From positions 1-64,000 of the forward strand of contig JAUCBJ010007137.1 of assembly GCA_032718475.1 (NCBI GenBank): 64,000 nt of DNA, read 5' to 3'. Shown here one piece after another: positions 12,959 to 25,887 of this stretch. The stretch's first letter is position 1, and the number at the start of each line of letters is the position of its first letter. This stretch comes from Nemertoderma westbladi (lineage: Eukaryota > Animalia > Xenacoelomorpha). A model generated the notes under the pieces. It had not been told where the DNA came from and made no database searches. It worked only from the letters and a program-made list of their open reading frames with translations. The translations under genes were made by a program, and so were the position numbers.

Positions 12959-13128
12959 GGGATGCTTTTTTTGCCGAGTCAGCTCTCGGGGTAAATACCA
13001 CACCCTGGTTTGCCACTCCACAGGGTGGGTGTCGCAGTGGAGTCAGATATGAGGCCCATCACCCATACCTACTATGACGCACATGACCCACCATTGGCTG
13101 TGCAGCTCATCCCCATTGGTGATATCCC

Positions 13129-14342
13129 ATTGGTGATATCTCCTTTGCAGAAGTGAAGGCTGCTTCAAAGAGCATTAAGACCAATCGTGCCAGTGGAGTA
13201 GATGGTGTTCCCCCTGAGGTCTTTAAAATACCTGAGTGTTTAAAGCTCATCTATCCCATCATAGTAGACATGTACCGAACAACAAGAGTTCCACAAGAAA
13301 TGAAAACAAATAAGTTGGTGCCAGTTCGCAAGAAGGGCAACCTAACACTCTATGGTTCTTTTCGGGGAATCTCATTGATCTCGATTGCTGCAAAGCTATA
13401 CAATAAGATTCTATTAAATCGCATCAGGGATCCCATTGAGAGACTGCTCCGTGGAAATCAGAATGGGTTCCGTAAAGGTCGTGGGACCATGGAGCCCATT
13501 TTGGCACTTAGAAGGATAATTGAAGAGTTATCAAAAAAGAGACACAGGCATCTGGCTGTTATCTTTGTTGACTTCTTCAAGGCCTTTGATTCAGTCTCTC
13601 GCTCACGTATGTTCAGCATACTTTCATATATGGGATTCCTGATGAAATTATTGCAGCAATCAGATCAGTATACGATGGTTCGACAACATTTGTGTCTACT
13701 GTTGACGGTGACACAGAACCATTTGAAGTGTTATGGGGCGTCCTCCAGGGAGACACACTTGCACCATTCTTGTTCATAATTGTTGTTGACTATGTTCTAC
13801 GCATGTCCTTAGATCATCATAATGGTGATGGGGTGATGATAACTCCACCTACTGGCTCCAGAAGTCGAGGAAATCCTGCCAAGCCTCAGCTCATTAGAAC
13901 ATGCTGCTTCTAGTGTTGGTCTTTTTATTAACTCCAGAAAGTTTGACAAAAAATTTTGACAGTTAACTTTGAAAGTCCTCAGCAAGTCTCTGATCGGATG
14001 AGCATAAGCTCAAAAGATGGTATGCTTGAGCATGTGGATGACTTCTGTTACCTGGGATTATGGATCCGGAAGTCAGGTGAGGACCTTCGAATACGTAAGG
14101 GAAAGGCATGGGCAGCCTTGAATAGGCTTTCCAGGATTTGGAAGTCACCGAGAATTAATCGGAAACTTAAGGTCCGGTTATTTAGAGCAGCAGTAGTTCC
14201 AGTACTCCTCTATGGGATGTCATGGGTGATAGGGAGTTGTGGCGGTGCAATTTTGTCGATAAGCCGGCACAGCATTCTTAAAAATGCAGCTGCAATGCAG
14301 CATGCCGATCCTAGTAGTAGTAGTAGTACTAGTAGTAGTAGT
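13129..14342 (+). pseudogene. RTE-like non-LTR retrotransposon RT fragment (frameshifted, internally deleted) with (TAG)n tail
   Basis: RGISLISIAAKLYNKILLNRI, QNGFRKGR, FVDFFKAFDSV, GVLQGDTLAPFLF, VDDFCYLG, KVRLFRAAVVPVLLYG; the YADD segment is missing. Confidence 0.88.
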
Positions 14343-15351
14343 GCAGCTCATCTGCTGGGTCATGCCCTGTACCCCTGCTGCCAGGTGCAGGTCGCAGGGA
14401 AGTGCACTCAGAGTGGACATGAGAACACTCTACTCCTGACCAGCCATTGGTAGATCACCATCTGCCTGGCCAGGCCATATACCCCTGCAGCCAAGTATAT
14501 GGGTCCTTAATCCAGGATCAAGGGCGTCCTTATCCTTATCCTTGCCCTAGTAAGAGGGTCTATCCAGCTACAGGTGGCACCTCCTTTATGCTGCATGGAG
14601 GTGGCAAGTTTTCTTGATCAATGACCTAGAATACCTGACCTGACCTGTAAATGCTTTATAAAAGTTTAATACTTTATCCACTATTATTTATTGTCTAATT
14701 ATGAATGTACAGTATAATAACCATATTGTCATTATCACAAATTGAAATGCAACTTATTATTATTAACCCAATGGTTTGATTGTATTTCATTGTGGGCGAA
14801 TAGAAACCGTTGCGGTTACCGCAGCGGAACCGCTGCGTTACCGCAACGGTACTGTTGGGTGTGAACGGGCTCCGTGTAGTTTACCGCTGGCTTACCGCTT
14901 CAATACCGCAAGACTAACCATTGGGACCAAACTACCTGCCAACATGTAGTTTACCGCTCACGCACCGTTGGATGTGAACGGGCCTTAAGCCAGTAAGGTA
15001 CGGCAGGCCTACTTGGCTGGATTTCCTCTACTTTCGGAACCAGTGGAGTAGGGACTAGGGGGTGATTTTTTCAATGGGGTTCACGACTCAAATTCAAAAC
15101 CAGATTAATAAGATGCAATAATATCACAGAAACACAATGGCGTTTACATAATTCAATAAGATGCTAAAATAGCCGAGATTGGTGTTTTCAGTTTAAAAAT
15201 TGTTCAAAATTTGAAAAGGATCTGTGATTGGTCGTGACGTCACTATCCGCCTCCGAATCCCATTTATATCAACATCCAGATACCTAATATTGTAATACTA
15301 TCTTTGTATAAATTGGGGCAGTTTGTCGGTACGTACTAAAAGGTAGAACGA

Positions 15352-15430
15352 TCTATAACGGGCTATAACGATCTATAACGGGCTATAACTTCCTATAACA
15401 AGCTATAACCACCTATAACGAGCTATAATA
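15352..15430. repeat. 10-bp degenerate tandem repeat (CTATAACNNN)
   Basis: About 8 units visible. Confidence 0.8.
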
Positions 15431-16176
15431 TCAAAATTTACAATAAAAAAACATATTTTAGAATGGATTTATTTTCTTAGTCAGTAATTTAATTACGCAA
15501 TTTGGTTTTATAGTCCATAATGCTTTTCATCTTTGTGGTATCACGAAATCAGTCATATTCAGTATATAGTAATATTCAGTAATATATAATCAGTCTCTTG
15601 ATTCTTGTTTTGTTGATTATTGATAACTATTGATATTGTTGTATAAATAAAAAAATATATGAATTGATTTTACGTATTCTTTATTTTATAAACCTTAATG
15701 CGGCCGTCAGGCCGTTTTGATCTACTGTACTACTACTACTACTAGGTCGAGCGAACTCGGACAGTGGAAATGAGATCCTTCCAGGCTTCCCTATTCTCCT
15801 GATCTACTGTAAACTGCCGTATTATATTTTAATTGATGTGCAACCGAAAATACAAAAAGTGGACGAAAAATATTATGCAAATGACTGTGATGATATGATG
15901 TACTGAAACTTTATGAGCCGTGGACTGGGCGACATGGACGCCTGCTACTAATTAATTAATAAATCCAACGTATTTTTAAATAAAATTTTAACACAATTAC
16001 TATTCAACCTTTATTATTCATTATAACAAGAGTTCTAAGTACTGACTGACAGACATATAGCAGTTCAAACTACAACTAACGTCATACATAGTTTACTAGT
16101 TTAAACTGCAACCAAAGAGCAATAGTGTCTACCAATATACATGGAAGTTGAGAAACGTTTCTTACAAACATTACAG

Positions 16177-16838
16177 TTACCGAGTCTCCCCACTGCGGAT
16201 ACATTTGTGGCGCTTTAGTTGATATCGGTGTGATAAAGATTTACCGCATGTATCGCAGCTAAACGGTTGTTCACTTGTATGTGTCCGCTTATGGGAAGTT
16301 AGATGGCAGCTCTTCGTAAATCTCTTCCCGCACTTATCGCACACATACGGACGCTCTCCGGTGTGAATTCTTTTGTGGGTCGTTAAACTCCCGTTCTCTG
16401 CAAATCTCTTCCCGCACGTGTCGCACACAAACGGACGTTCACCGGAATGAGTTCGCGTGTGCGTAGTTAGGGAACATAGTTGAGAGAAACGTTTCTCACA
16501 CAGGTTGCAGTTATACGGTTTCTCTCCACTGTGCGTTCTATTATGCCTTTTTATGTGGCCTAGTTGAGAGAAACATTTGTTGCAGATGCCGCATTGGTAA
16601 GGACGCTCACCGGTGTGGATCCGTTGGTGTATAATTAGATTGCTGTTCCTTGCGAACGCCTTACCACAAGTATCACAGTTGAAGGGTTTCTCATTGGAGC
16701 GGCTTCCTTTCACAATATCTTGGGGTTGAATCCCAGAGGGACCAGGTTGGTTGAAGGAATTATTCATACATCCGGGTGTTACGTCATCGTCGGAAGCGAG
16801 CATGTATGAATCATCAAGTGATGGTTGTGATTGGTCGC
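16177..16838 (-). CDS. C2H2 zinc-finger protein, probable last coding exon (five complete fingers plus a degenerate sixth)
   Basis: CxxC...HxxxH fingers with TGERPY/SGEKPY linkers in ORF 16177-16803. The frame stays open upstream to an AG acceptor at 16840-16839. Upstream exons not identified. Confidence 0.85.
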
Positions 16839-16958
16839 CTAGATAATGTAATGGAGTGGATTAATAGTGGAGATTAATTTATCATTATTATTCAATAATA
16901 AAGATAAATTAATAATAAATAATCTTATTCGTAATTGTGGTTGATTATGTTTTACGCA

Positions 16959-17893
16959 AATGGTAACTCCACCTACTACTCCACCTCCACCTACAAGAAG
17001 TAGAGGAAATCCAGCAAAGTACCTTACTAGAATTTGCTAGACTTGCTGATGACCTAGGGGTAACGTCAGAATCACTAGAGGGAGCCCAAAGGCTCTTCTG
17101 CTCATTGGAGCAGGTTGCTTCTAGTGTTGGTCTTTTTGTAAACTCCAAGAAGACCAAAATCATGACAGTCAACCTAGACACTAGACAGCCTTCAAGAAAT
17201 GTCTGATTGTAAAAGCATAAGCTCCAAGGATGGCTTGCTTGAGCACGTGGATGACTTCTGCTACTTGGGATCATAGATCAGAAAGTCAGGTGAAGGCGTT
17301 CGGATACGTAAGGGGAAGGCATGGGCAGCGTTAAATCGTCTGTCCAGGATTTGGAAGTCCCATAGAATAAAACGGAACCTTAAGGTTCGAATATTTATGG
17401 CAGCAGTAGAACCAGTACTTTTATAAATGACTCCATGCTGGGCTCTAACTGTAGATCTCTGGATGGCACTTTCACAAGAATGCTGCGCCGGGTTCACTGT
17501 ATCAAGTACAATGAACATATCTCCAATCAGACTCTATACAACATTGGAGCTGTTTCATCAGTCTCCCCTAGTTTGACACTTAAACAGAACCACCTCCGCT
17601 TTGCAGGATATTGCTTTCGCCGTGAGGACCAGCCAGTGCATAATCTTGTGCATTGGCGGCCTCATGGAGTGAATAAGCATGGTGGACAGCCCATGACTTT
17701 CTTGAGACGCATCTTAAAGGATACTGGCCTTGAAGATGCGGATGATCTAGCAAATGCCATGCATCGGTGATAGGGAGTTGTCACGGCGCAATTTTGTCGA
17801 CAAGCCGGCACAGCCTTCTTAATATATATGTAATATATATATAATGCAGCTGCAATGCAGCATGCCGATCGTAGTAGTAGTGGTAGTAGTAGT
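16959..17893 (+). pseudogene. 5'-truncated RTE-like LINE fragment with (TAG)n tail
   Basis: Homologous to 13840-14342 (HVDDFCYLGS, KGKAWAALNRLSRIWKS); LDGTFTRMLRR and HLRFAGYCFR C-terminal motifs; same 3' tail. Confidence 0.85.
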
Positions 17894-18526
17894 CGCCTAT
17901 AGAAAGTCATGGAGCGGATTAATAGTGGATAATAATTTATCATTATCACTAGTTTACAATAACTGTAGTTTTAAATTCATATAGTTTCTGATACATTCAT
18001 TACAGTAATAAGTGTAAATAAAAACGACCTACCATGGTTATTTCACACAATTAGAGGTTGAAGTCACAATAGTTGATTTGGGTTTCAAAATTAAATTTTT
18101 TTATTTTTACATTTTCTGATATGATTCTATGAATTATTAACTACAAAACACCTATCTAGGAAATAATATCAGCAGTAGTGGAAATCTTTCTGAATACGCC
18201 CACTGCCATTGGGGCGCGAGACAAGAGGAACTAATTTAGTAGAGAAGTTGCAGGGCTCTGGGAAAATATTGCAGCACTGATTAATGTGATTATGGAGTGT
18301 CTCGGAAAAACGGAATAGACGCAATAGGTAGGACCTATTTATAAGACAGTGATTCAGATATGTAATCACAATAACATGTCCGACGAAGAATAGAAGAATC
18401 CCTTGTATTTGTATTTCTTCATCTGGATAATAGAGTCCAGCCATTTCTCTGGCAAAGCTAAAAAAAATTAGGATGGCTAAAATGTCTGTCCTTATCTGAT
18501 CTGATCTGACGGTATCTGACACTTGT

Positions 18527-18660
18527 TCCACCTTGGTTCAGAGCCGACCTTGGTGTAGTGGATATATTGAATTCACATCTCACGGAGGTTGTGGGTTCAA
18601 CCCCGGCATGGGCAATGGGGGCCAAGTTAGTTTTCGTTTCGGCACGAATGCTTTGAAGGG
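18527..18660 (+). mobile_element. Degenerate tRNA-derived SINE-like head
   Basis: TGGTGTAGTGG A box, GGGTTCAACCC B box and TAGTTTTCGTTTCGGCACGAAT shared with 23164-23290. Confidence 0.5.
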
Positions 18661-19963
18661 TTTAGCGAGGCATAGCATCTATGCCTTGCACTATGCCTAT
18701 GCTTGTGTCAATATAACACCCCCCCCCCCCCCCCTCTGAAACTAACGCTACTAACGAAAAGACTAACTAAACTAACTAAAAGATATAAGATAGAAATTTT
18801 AATCTTGTTTTTAGCGGTGGGTGCTAAATTTTGGTGCCAGCCCCAAATTTTGAAATATTTCAATTTTGTAAATTGATTACCCCTAAGTCGATTTTTGTAG
18901 TTCTGAGATAATCGATAAAAACTGTTTATTTTTTTAGAGAGATGCCTCAGTTTACTTGTTATTGTGTTTTTTGATAACTAAATATATATAGAATTCATAT
19001 AACTCAACTTTCAATTTGATTTAGAATTACCGTTGAAATATATTGCGGTTTTTTTGTAAAAATTCTGACTTATGGTGTTTTGCCAAAACAAAGGGGAACA
19101 CCGTTTTCTGGTATTATCCCGTAACTATACGATAGTTGCGGGGTATTGCCTAGAAAACAAGGTATCCTCAATTTGGCAAAACACCACAAGTCCGAATTTT
19201 TACAAAAAACACGCAAAATATATCAAATAATAGCCTAGGCGTATCGTGCGTCCTTAATTATTTAGTGCGTAGTGCGAACGTAATACATGTGCGCATTTGT
19301 TATTAGCTAATACGTGCTATCTAACATGTTAACTAGCACATGATCAGGTGTTAGTATTACCTGTAAGCGCAATAATAACAAATAATCACATACAATATAG
19401 ATTAACACACTTGCGCACATGTTGGAAATTTTTGAATTCAAAATTCTAAAGTGCTCCATAAGGTTTTGATATTTTGGTATTAATTGGTTTTAAAATAAGT
19501 ACGGGACTGTAGTTAGAATCATGTATCAATACAAATTGAACAAAAATGTAGCCAAATGCAGAACTACTGTATCAAGAACAAAATTTAAATTCAAGAAAGC
19601 GGAACTCTAAGTACAAAATATAGCCATGGGTATGGTACTCTACAGTAAGAACAAAGTCTAGCTACAGGGTTACAGCTACGTTAAAGTTAAAGTAAAGTTC
19701 ACTTACAGTACGTCATGACGAATAATTAAAGACCTGTATTTTCTACAGTACGTGGCAACATTTAGAGAAATTCTATCAGCAACGTAGTGAGCATGTCAGG
19801 TTGCCGATCAAGTTGCTCTATGTAAACGCGAAGTTTGTTGCTGTAAAAGATGCCTCATATAACGGAGACTAAAAGTTATTGTTACCCAAATTACGTTGCT
19901 ACTGTAGTTGTTGACCAAATTGTCCAAAACGTCCGGCAACCTAGAGTAACTTATAGCAATTTG

Positions 19964-20320
19964 GACACAAACATTAAATGAGGGACAGATATTTATCAGC
20001 ACCACAAACATTAATGTGGGAGAAACATTAATCAGGGGGACAAACATAATGTGGGATATAAAAATTGATGTAGGACACAAACATTATGAGGGACACAAAC
20101 ATTATGAGGGACACAAACATTATGAGGGACACAAATATTAATGAGGTACACAAACATTAATGAGGGACACAAACATTAATTAGGGACACAAACATTAATG
20201 AGGTACACAAACATTAATGAGGGACACAAACATTAATTAGGGACACAAACATTAATGAGGTACACAAACATTAATGAGGGACACAAACAATAAACGAGGG
20301 ACAGATATCAATCAAGGGCA
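19964..20320. repeat. 18-19-bp minisatellite (GAGGGACACAAACATTAAT)n
   Basis: Directly visible; same unit at 24732-24860 and inverted at 32745-32822. Confidence 0.9.
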
Positions 20321-22484
20321 CTAACCCCAATGAACACTTCAATATAATCATATAAACAGTGGATTAATTTCTCCCCTTTGGGGCATCATCAGCACAAAAA
20401 CTACTGCACTACAGTTAGGCCAAGCAGAAAACAGTAACAAATACTGAAATAGACTACCAGTCACTCACAAAACGATGTACCCATATGTACAGTACAAATA
20501 ACAACACTCCGCCTACGGTTGATATGTGGTTAAAAGGACCGTGCAGCCACGGTCCGTAGAGCTAACAACATAAATAAACAACTGAACTCTTAGTCATAGA
20601 AACTAATCAATCAATCTGGCACCGAGACGTGGTTAGGCAGGGCCGTGCGTTACTATTTCCAGTACAAATTGCATAGAGCAGTATTAACAACAGAGAGCCT
20701 TATGTATGCGAGATGACAACTACAGTACGAAATACCTGCCGTATGCGAAATATCCGTGCACAAACGTGTAGCGTAAAAAGACGCAGGCAAATACACTAAA
20801 ACTAAATCTACAGTACTGACGTATGTGAAATGTCCGTGCAAAAACGTGTAGCGTAAAAAGACACAGGCAAATACACTGAAACTAAATCTACAGTACTGAC
20901 GTATGTGAAATGTCCGTGCAAAAACGTGTAGCGTAAACAGACACAGGCAAATGAAACTGAAACCAAATCTAAAAACCTAAACAATCAAACCAGCACAGCG
21001 ACGTGATTAGGCAGGGCCGTGCGCTACTATCTACAGTACAAAAGGCACTGAGCAGTATTAATGGCAGAACCCATCCCGCCGGTCTGGCGTGTATCGTGAA
21101 ACCAAAGAACCAACAGGTAAATGATACTAAAGCTAATTATTAATAATAGCAATTAAATCTAAAGTTATTTATTCAACACGAAACGCGATCAATAATCAAG
21201 AAGCTGACATCTGCGCGGTTAAATTCCGAATCCTCGAAGATGCAGTTAAGAATTTGGGTAACTAAGCAATCATCGAAAATAAATAAATTCATTGGGGAAC
21301 TAATTTGGATATCAACACAGAAAACCGACCAAGTGGGTTTATAAACCTTATAGGAAATTATAACAATTCGTTCCTAAAATTTAAATTCACTCGACGCTAG
21401 TTGTAACGGCAGGGGATGTATCATCTTATACCTTAAGTACGTAGATATTAACCCAAAATTAACATTAACCGACATTAACCGTATTAATTCTCAGGATATT
21501 ATGGTTTTGTACGGACATTCCGCATACGTCAGGGTTTACGTACTGTAGTTGTACCCCGGATACGCCAGGCTCAGTGCCATAAATTCTGCTCTGTGCCTTT
21601 TGTACTGTAGATAGTAGCGCACGGCCCTGCCTAATCACGTCGCGGTGCTGGTTTGATTGTTTAGGTTTTTAGATTTGGTTTCAGTTTCATTTGCCTGTGT
21701 CTGTTTACGCTACACGTTTTTGCACGGACATTTCACATACGCCAGTACTGTAGATTTAGTTTCAGTGTATTTGCCTGTGTCTTTTTACGCCACACGTTTG
21801 TGCACGGATATTTCGCTACGGCAGGTATTTCGTACTGTAGTTGTCATCTGCATACATAAGGCTCTCTGTTGTTAATAGGGCAATTCCATCGTTACGGACT
21901 CACATTCATACGCAATTTTCGAATTTAATTGGCATATTTAATTAATAACTTTACAATATAAATAACATTCACCTATGGTGGCTGATGGATTAATGGTACA
22001 TCTTTACTTTGACTTATAAAAAAGAGTTGTACAGTATCTTATTTGATACATAGGATATTGTAAATATAGTGCCCGTTACGGACTCACATGCAAATGGACA
22101 AAGAAAAATTACCAATTGTATTTTGCCAAATTCTCTTGAAATGTTTAACGCCCTACGTTATAACTTTCACAATGCGAGGTAGATACATCAAATTTTGTAA
22201 ATTTGTAAGTTAATAGCAGAAACATATGGTGGTAAACCTCATTTATGGAGAAATTGTTCGTTACGGACTCACAGAAAAAATTGTTACGGACTCACACTTG
22301 AAATCGTTATGCACTCGTTATTTTGTTTAGAAAAAAAGAGCAACGACCAATGAATGTTTATGGTGTTTATTCAATAAATATCTTTATTACTTATATACCT
22401 TTCGCTTTCACAATGTACCTTAAGTATCACTATTAGATATATCTTTAGTAGTGTTCATATTTTGAGTAGGCATATTTGGTGTGT

Positions 22485-22608
22485 GTGGGGCGAGCCACGA
22501 AGTTGGCGGAGCCTTAGCGAATTGACACTGTTAGGGGGTGGGTCAATTTATGCAAATAGTTGTCGTCGTCGTCGTCGTCGTCGTTGTCGTCGTCGTCGTC
22601 GTCGTCGT

Positions 22609-22645
<37 letters not shown>

Positions 22646-22965
22646 TACGATTTTGACATGCTAATAACTTTGTCGGATTTAAAGCTGCCAAGTTGAAAAT
22701 TTGTAGGTATCAATATGAGCAAAAGTTGAGATTTTTGAGAGACTTTCAGACACCATCAGTGCAATGGTCTCCCGCTAGAGGGCCACATGTCTAAACATTA
22801 AATGCCCTCCCTCCCATTTCTTTGCTTTTAATCCGTTTAAGCTGAAACTTGGCAGATATGTCTGACGTAACGTGACAACGACAACTATTTGCATAAATTG
22901 ACCCACCCCCTAACAGTGTCAATTCGCTAAGGCTTCGCCAACTTCGTGCTGCGCGAAGGCCCCAC
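22485..22965. mobile_element. MITE-like element with ~80-bp imperfect TIRs and internal (GTC)n microsatellite
   Basis: GTGGGGCGAGCCACGAAGTTGGC...GCAAATAGTTGTCGT is inverted at ~22877-22965; (GTC)n at 22562-22645. Confidence 0.75.
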
Positions 22966-23163
22966 TTCGTGTATAGTAGTGTATATTTAATATCCTATAA
23001 GTTCATATGACCATAATTTGTTAAAATGACCAATTTCTAATTCTTTAACAACATAAATACCACGTTCACGGAAAATTTTTTATTCTGGAAAATAAATTTG
23101 AACAGTATTTCGTTGTATTTATGATTTACTGTACGATCACTACTATCACTGTACTTAAGTTAT

Positions 23164-23290
23164 TCCACCTTGGCGTAGTTGGTTAAATCGGTGGCATTTA
23201 AATCACATCTCTCTTTGGGTCGTGGGTTCGATCCACATCATGGGGGCTAGGGTAGTTTTCGTTTCGGCACGAATACTTTAAAGCCCATAA
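23164..23290 (+). mobile_element. tRNA-derived SINE-like head
   Basis: TGGCGTAGTTGG A box, GGGTTCGATCC B box; related to 18527-18660. Confidence 0.55.
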
Positions 23291-24731
23291 AGGGACTTAT
23301 TAGCCAGGGCGCATCTCTTCCTTCCGTAAATTGTAGCTAAATGAGAACTGGAGTTTCCTCTGGGGAATATAGGAGGGGACCGCACTGGAAATATACACTT
23401 TATTATTGAGACTTTGTGCGTAATCCCAGGCCTAACTGACGATATGTTTTGTATCTCAATCCATCATTCGCTCACTCGTTTCATGAAATCTTGGCGAACT
23501 TCGAGTGTATCATACTATACCATCTTGGTCAGTAACTTCTGTCATCCGTGATATATGCCGTTTGGCCCTTTCGGCCCAGAAATGTGAGTATTAGACGTAA
23601 GAGACAGGATTAAACGGGCGCAATGAAGAATGTCGTACATTAGGATGATGTATGAATATACTGTCGATGGACAATTGTCAGACTAAAAGGAGCTGAATAC
23701 TTTCAGTTTACATAGTGAATTATGTATACAAAGCAGAATGATTCTTTCCTAACCTACCGCCTGGTGAGTCCGTAACGGAAAATTTGTGAGTCCATAACGC
23801 TATTCTTAAACAGTTCAGCTGCAATACAGATCAGAGACTTAATGGATGGTTTTGATTGGTTGTAAACCCAAAGGAAAATGATTGTCAGTGCAATACACAT
23901 GCGGGGTTTACTCCAAATTAAAACTTTAAGTACTTTTCGTTACGGACTCACATAATTCTGTAGGCCAAATCTAAAATTTTTGAAACATTGAATACACAAT
24001 GCTATTCTGTCAATATTCAAATTTTTATCATCAATAGCTTCTAATAAATGTTGAATTTTCGGTTGGTGTAATTACCTGTCTTAATCAGACAATTTCAATG
24101 GTGGTAAGATTATGTCAAAAATGACATGTAATAATTTCTGCAAATTTGAAAATACGTAAAAAATATTTATCATATTCAATAATGAAAAACCAGTTGTTAC
24201 CCTCAAAAAAAATTAAGAATCCGTCACTTTTATTAAAAATTTAATACTTTCTCGTCATTTTGATACCAAAATTATGCTTATCGGAATTGCCCAATACTGC
24301 TCTATGCAATTTGTACTGGAAATAGTAACGCACGGCCCTGCCTAACCACGTCTCGGTGCTAGATTGATTGATTAGTTTCTATGACTAAGAGTTCAGTTGT
24401 TTATTTATGTTGTTAGCTCTACGGACCGTGGCTGCACGGTCCTTTTAACCACATAACAACCGTAGGCGGAGTGTTGTTATTTGTACTGTACATATGGGTA
24501 CATCGTTTTGTGAGTGACTGGTAGTCTATTTCAGTATTTGTTACTGTTTTCTGCTTGGCCTAACTGTAGTGCAGTAGTTTTTGTGCTGATGATGCCCCAA
24601 AGGGGAGAAATTAATCCACTGTTTATATGATTATATTGAAGTGTTCATTGGGCGATGAAACTCCTTGTCGTTTTAATAATTATCATGATGTATACAAACG
24701 CCCTAAAGTCGGCATGTCACTTTACAAATAA

Positions 24732-24860
24732 CTAACATTAATGAGGGACACAAACATTAATGAGGGACGCAAACATTAATGAGGGACACTAACATTAATG
24801 AGGGACACAAACAATAAACGAGGGACAGATATCAATCAAGGGCACAAACATTAATCATGG
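24732..24860. repeat. 19-bp minisatellite, same family as 19964-20320
   Basis: GAGGGACACAAACATTAAT units. Confidence 0.85.
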
Positions 24861-24944
24861 GCACTATCGCCCTTCGCACTTAGTATGATTCCTGTTACCA
24901 CCCATACACATACAATATATTACAGTATTACAATTCTCATTACT

Positions 24945-25282
24945 TGTTGTGGATCTTCCCCAAGTGGAAGTCCATTTATGGAATGGAAAATAATAGTATA
25001 CTAAATACGGAACGATACTATATATTGAAACTCAATTTGCACTAGTTGGAAAAAATTATTTAACAACTATCTATTACGTACTGCACAAACTGTGAGGTTA
25101 ACATATGGTTAGTCTAATTAATTTGCACATTACAGTTAATTAATGGATCTATGGATAGACCTTTACGCGGATTTATTTCTGTGGCAAACATTGTATACTT
25201 AGTGTGTTGGCTAATCAATTTAAACAATGTATTGCAATTTACTACGTATTGGTTTCATTATTACAGATCACATTACATAACA
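24945..25282 (-). repeat. 3' LTR of element D (338 bp)
   Basis: Direct repeat of 31873-32217 with scattered differences; PPT AAAAGGGGGAG adjacent (25283-25293). Confidence 0.95.
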
Positions 25283-25887
25283 CTCCCCCTTTTGCTTTGG
25301 TTACATAACACTCCCCCTTTGTTCACGATGCAGTAGAACAAAATATCATTGCATTTTAAGTTAATGAAGGTAATATGCTAAATGAGAAATTAACTACAGT
25401 ATAAATAATATATTTGTACAAATGAATTAAATAATGCAATAATTTATAACCTAATAACCATATCTACCAATTATACCAAAACAAAATTAATATACCGTAT
25501 TTAATATTATAATTAATAAATAATGCAAACATCACGTAATTAACTTTACTACGTACGATTAATGACACAAATAATATTATAAACAACACCAATTGAGTTT
25601 TTAACAATGGTTAACAATACTTACTACATAGTGGAGTTCGTTTACCGTTAAATAAATAATATTACTTTACTAGAAAGGCATTTTGTTTATATAATATTAC
25701 ATAAATTTACATAATATATTCATATTTAATCTTCCAACAAAACAAATATAAGAGTCTTCATCCAACAAAACAAATATAAGTGTCTACTGTACTACTTACT
25801 TTACACATAACTGTATTACTGTACATACAAAATGCAAAACAGTAGTTGCGAATTTACTAAAATTTGCTTATTTGTAAACGCCAACTT

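Larger units (their letters stand above)
21878..24292. mobile_element. Non-autonomous DNA transposon, possibly Sola2-like
   Basis: TIR GGGCAATTCC...GGAATTGCCC; 4-bp TSD AATA (21874-7, 24293-6); recurrent internal CGTTACGGACTCAC motif in both orientations. Superfamily inferred only from GRG ends plus 4-bp TSD. Confidence 0.75.
20326..24652. mobile_element. Foldback-type non-autonomous DNA element with ~730-bp inverted arms (CCC...GGG ends); right arm interrupted by an insertion
   Basis: 20326-~21060 is the reverse complement of ~21580-21877 joined to 24297-24652; ~60-bp internal tandem units; no clear TSD. Confidence 0.8.

Noticed and set aside
14800-14990. MITE end with ACCGC-rich repeats ending GTGAACGGGCCTTAA
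   Set aside because: No matching opposite terminus found in the window; too weak to annotate.
18169-18531. 120-aa ORF as an upstream exon of the zinc-finger gene
   Set aside because: Non-ATG start, no recognisable domain and no compatible splice donor identified.
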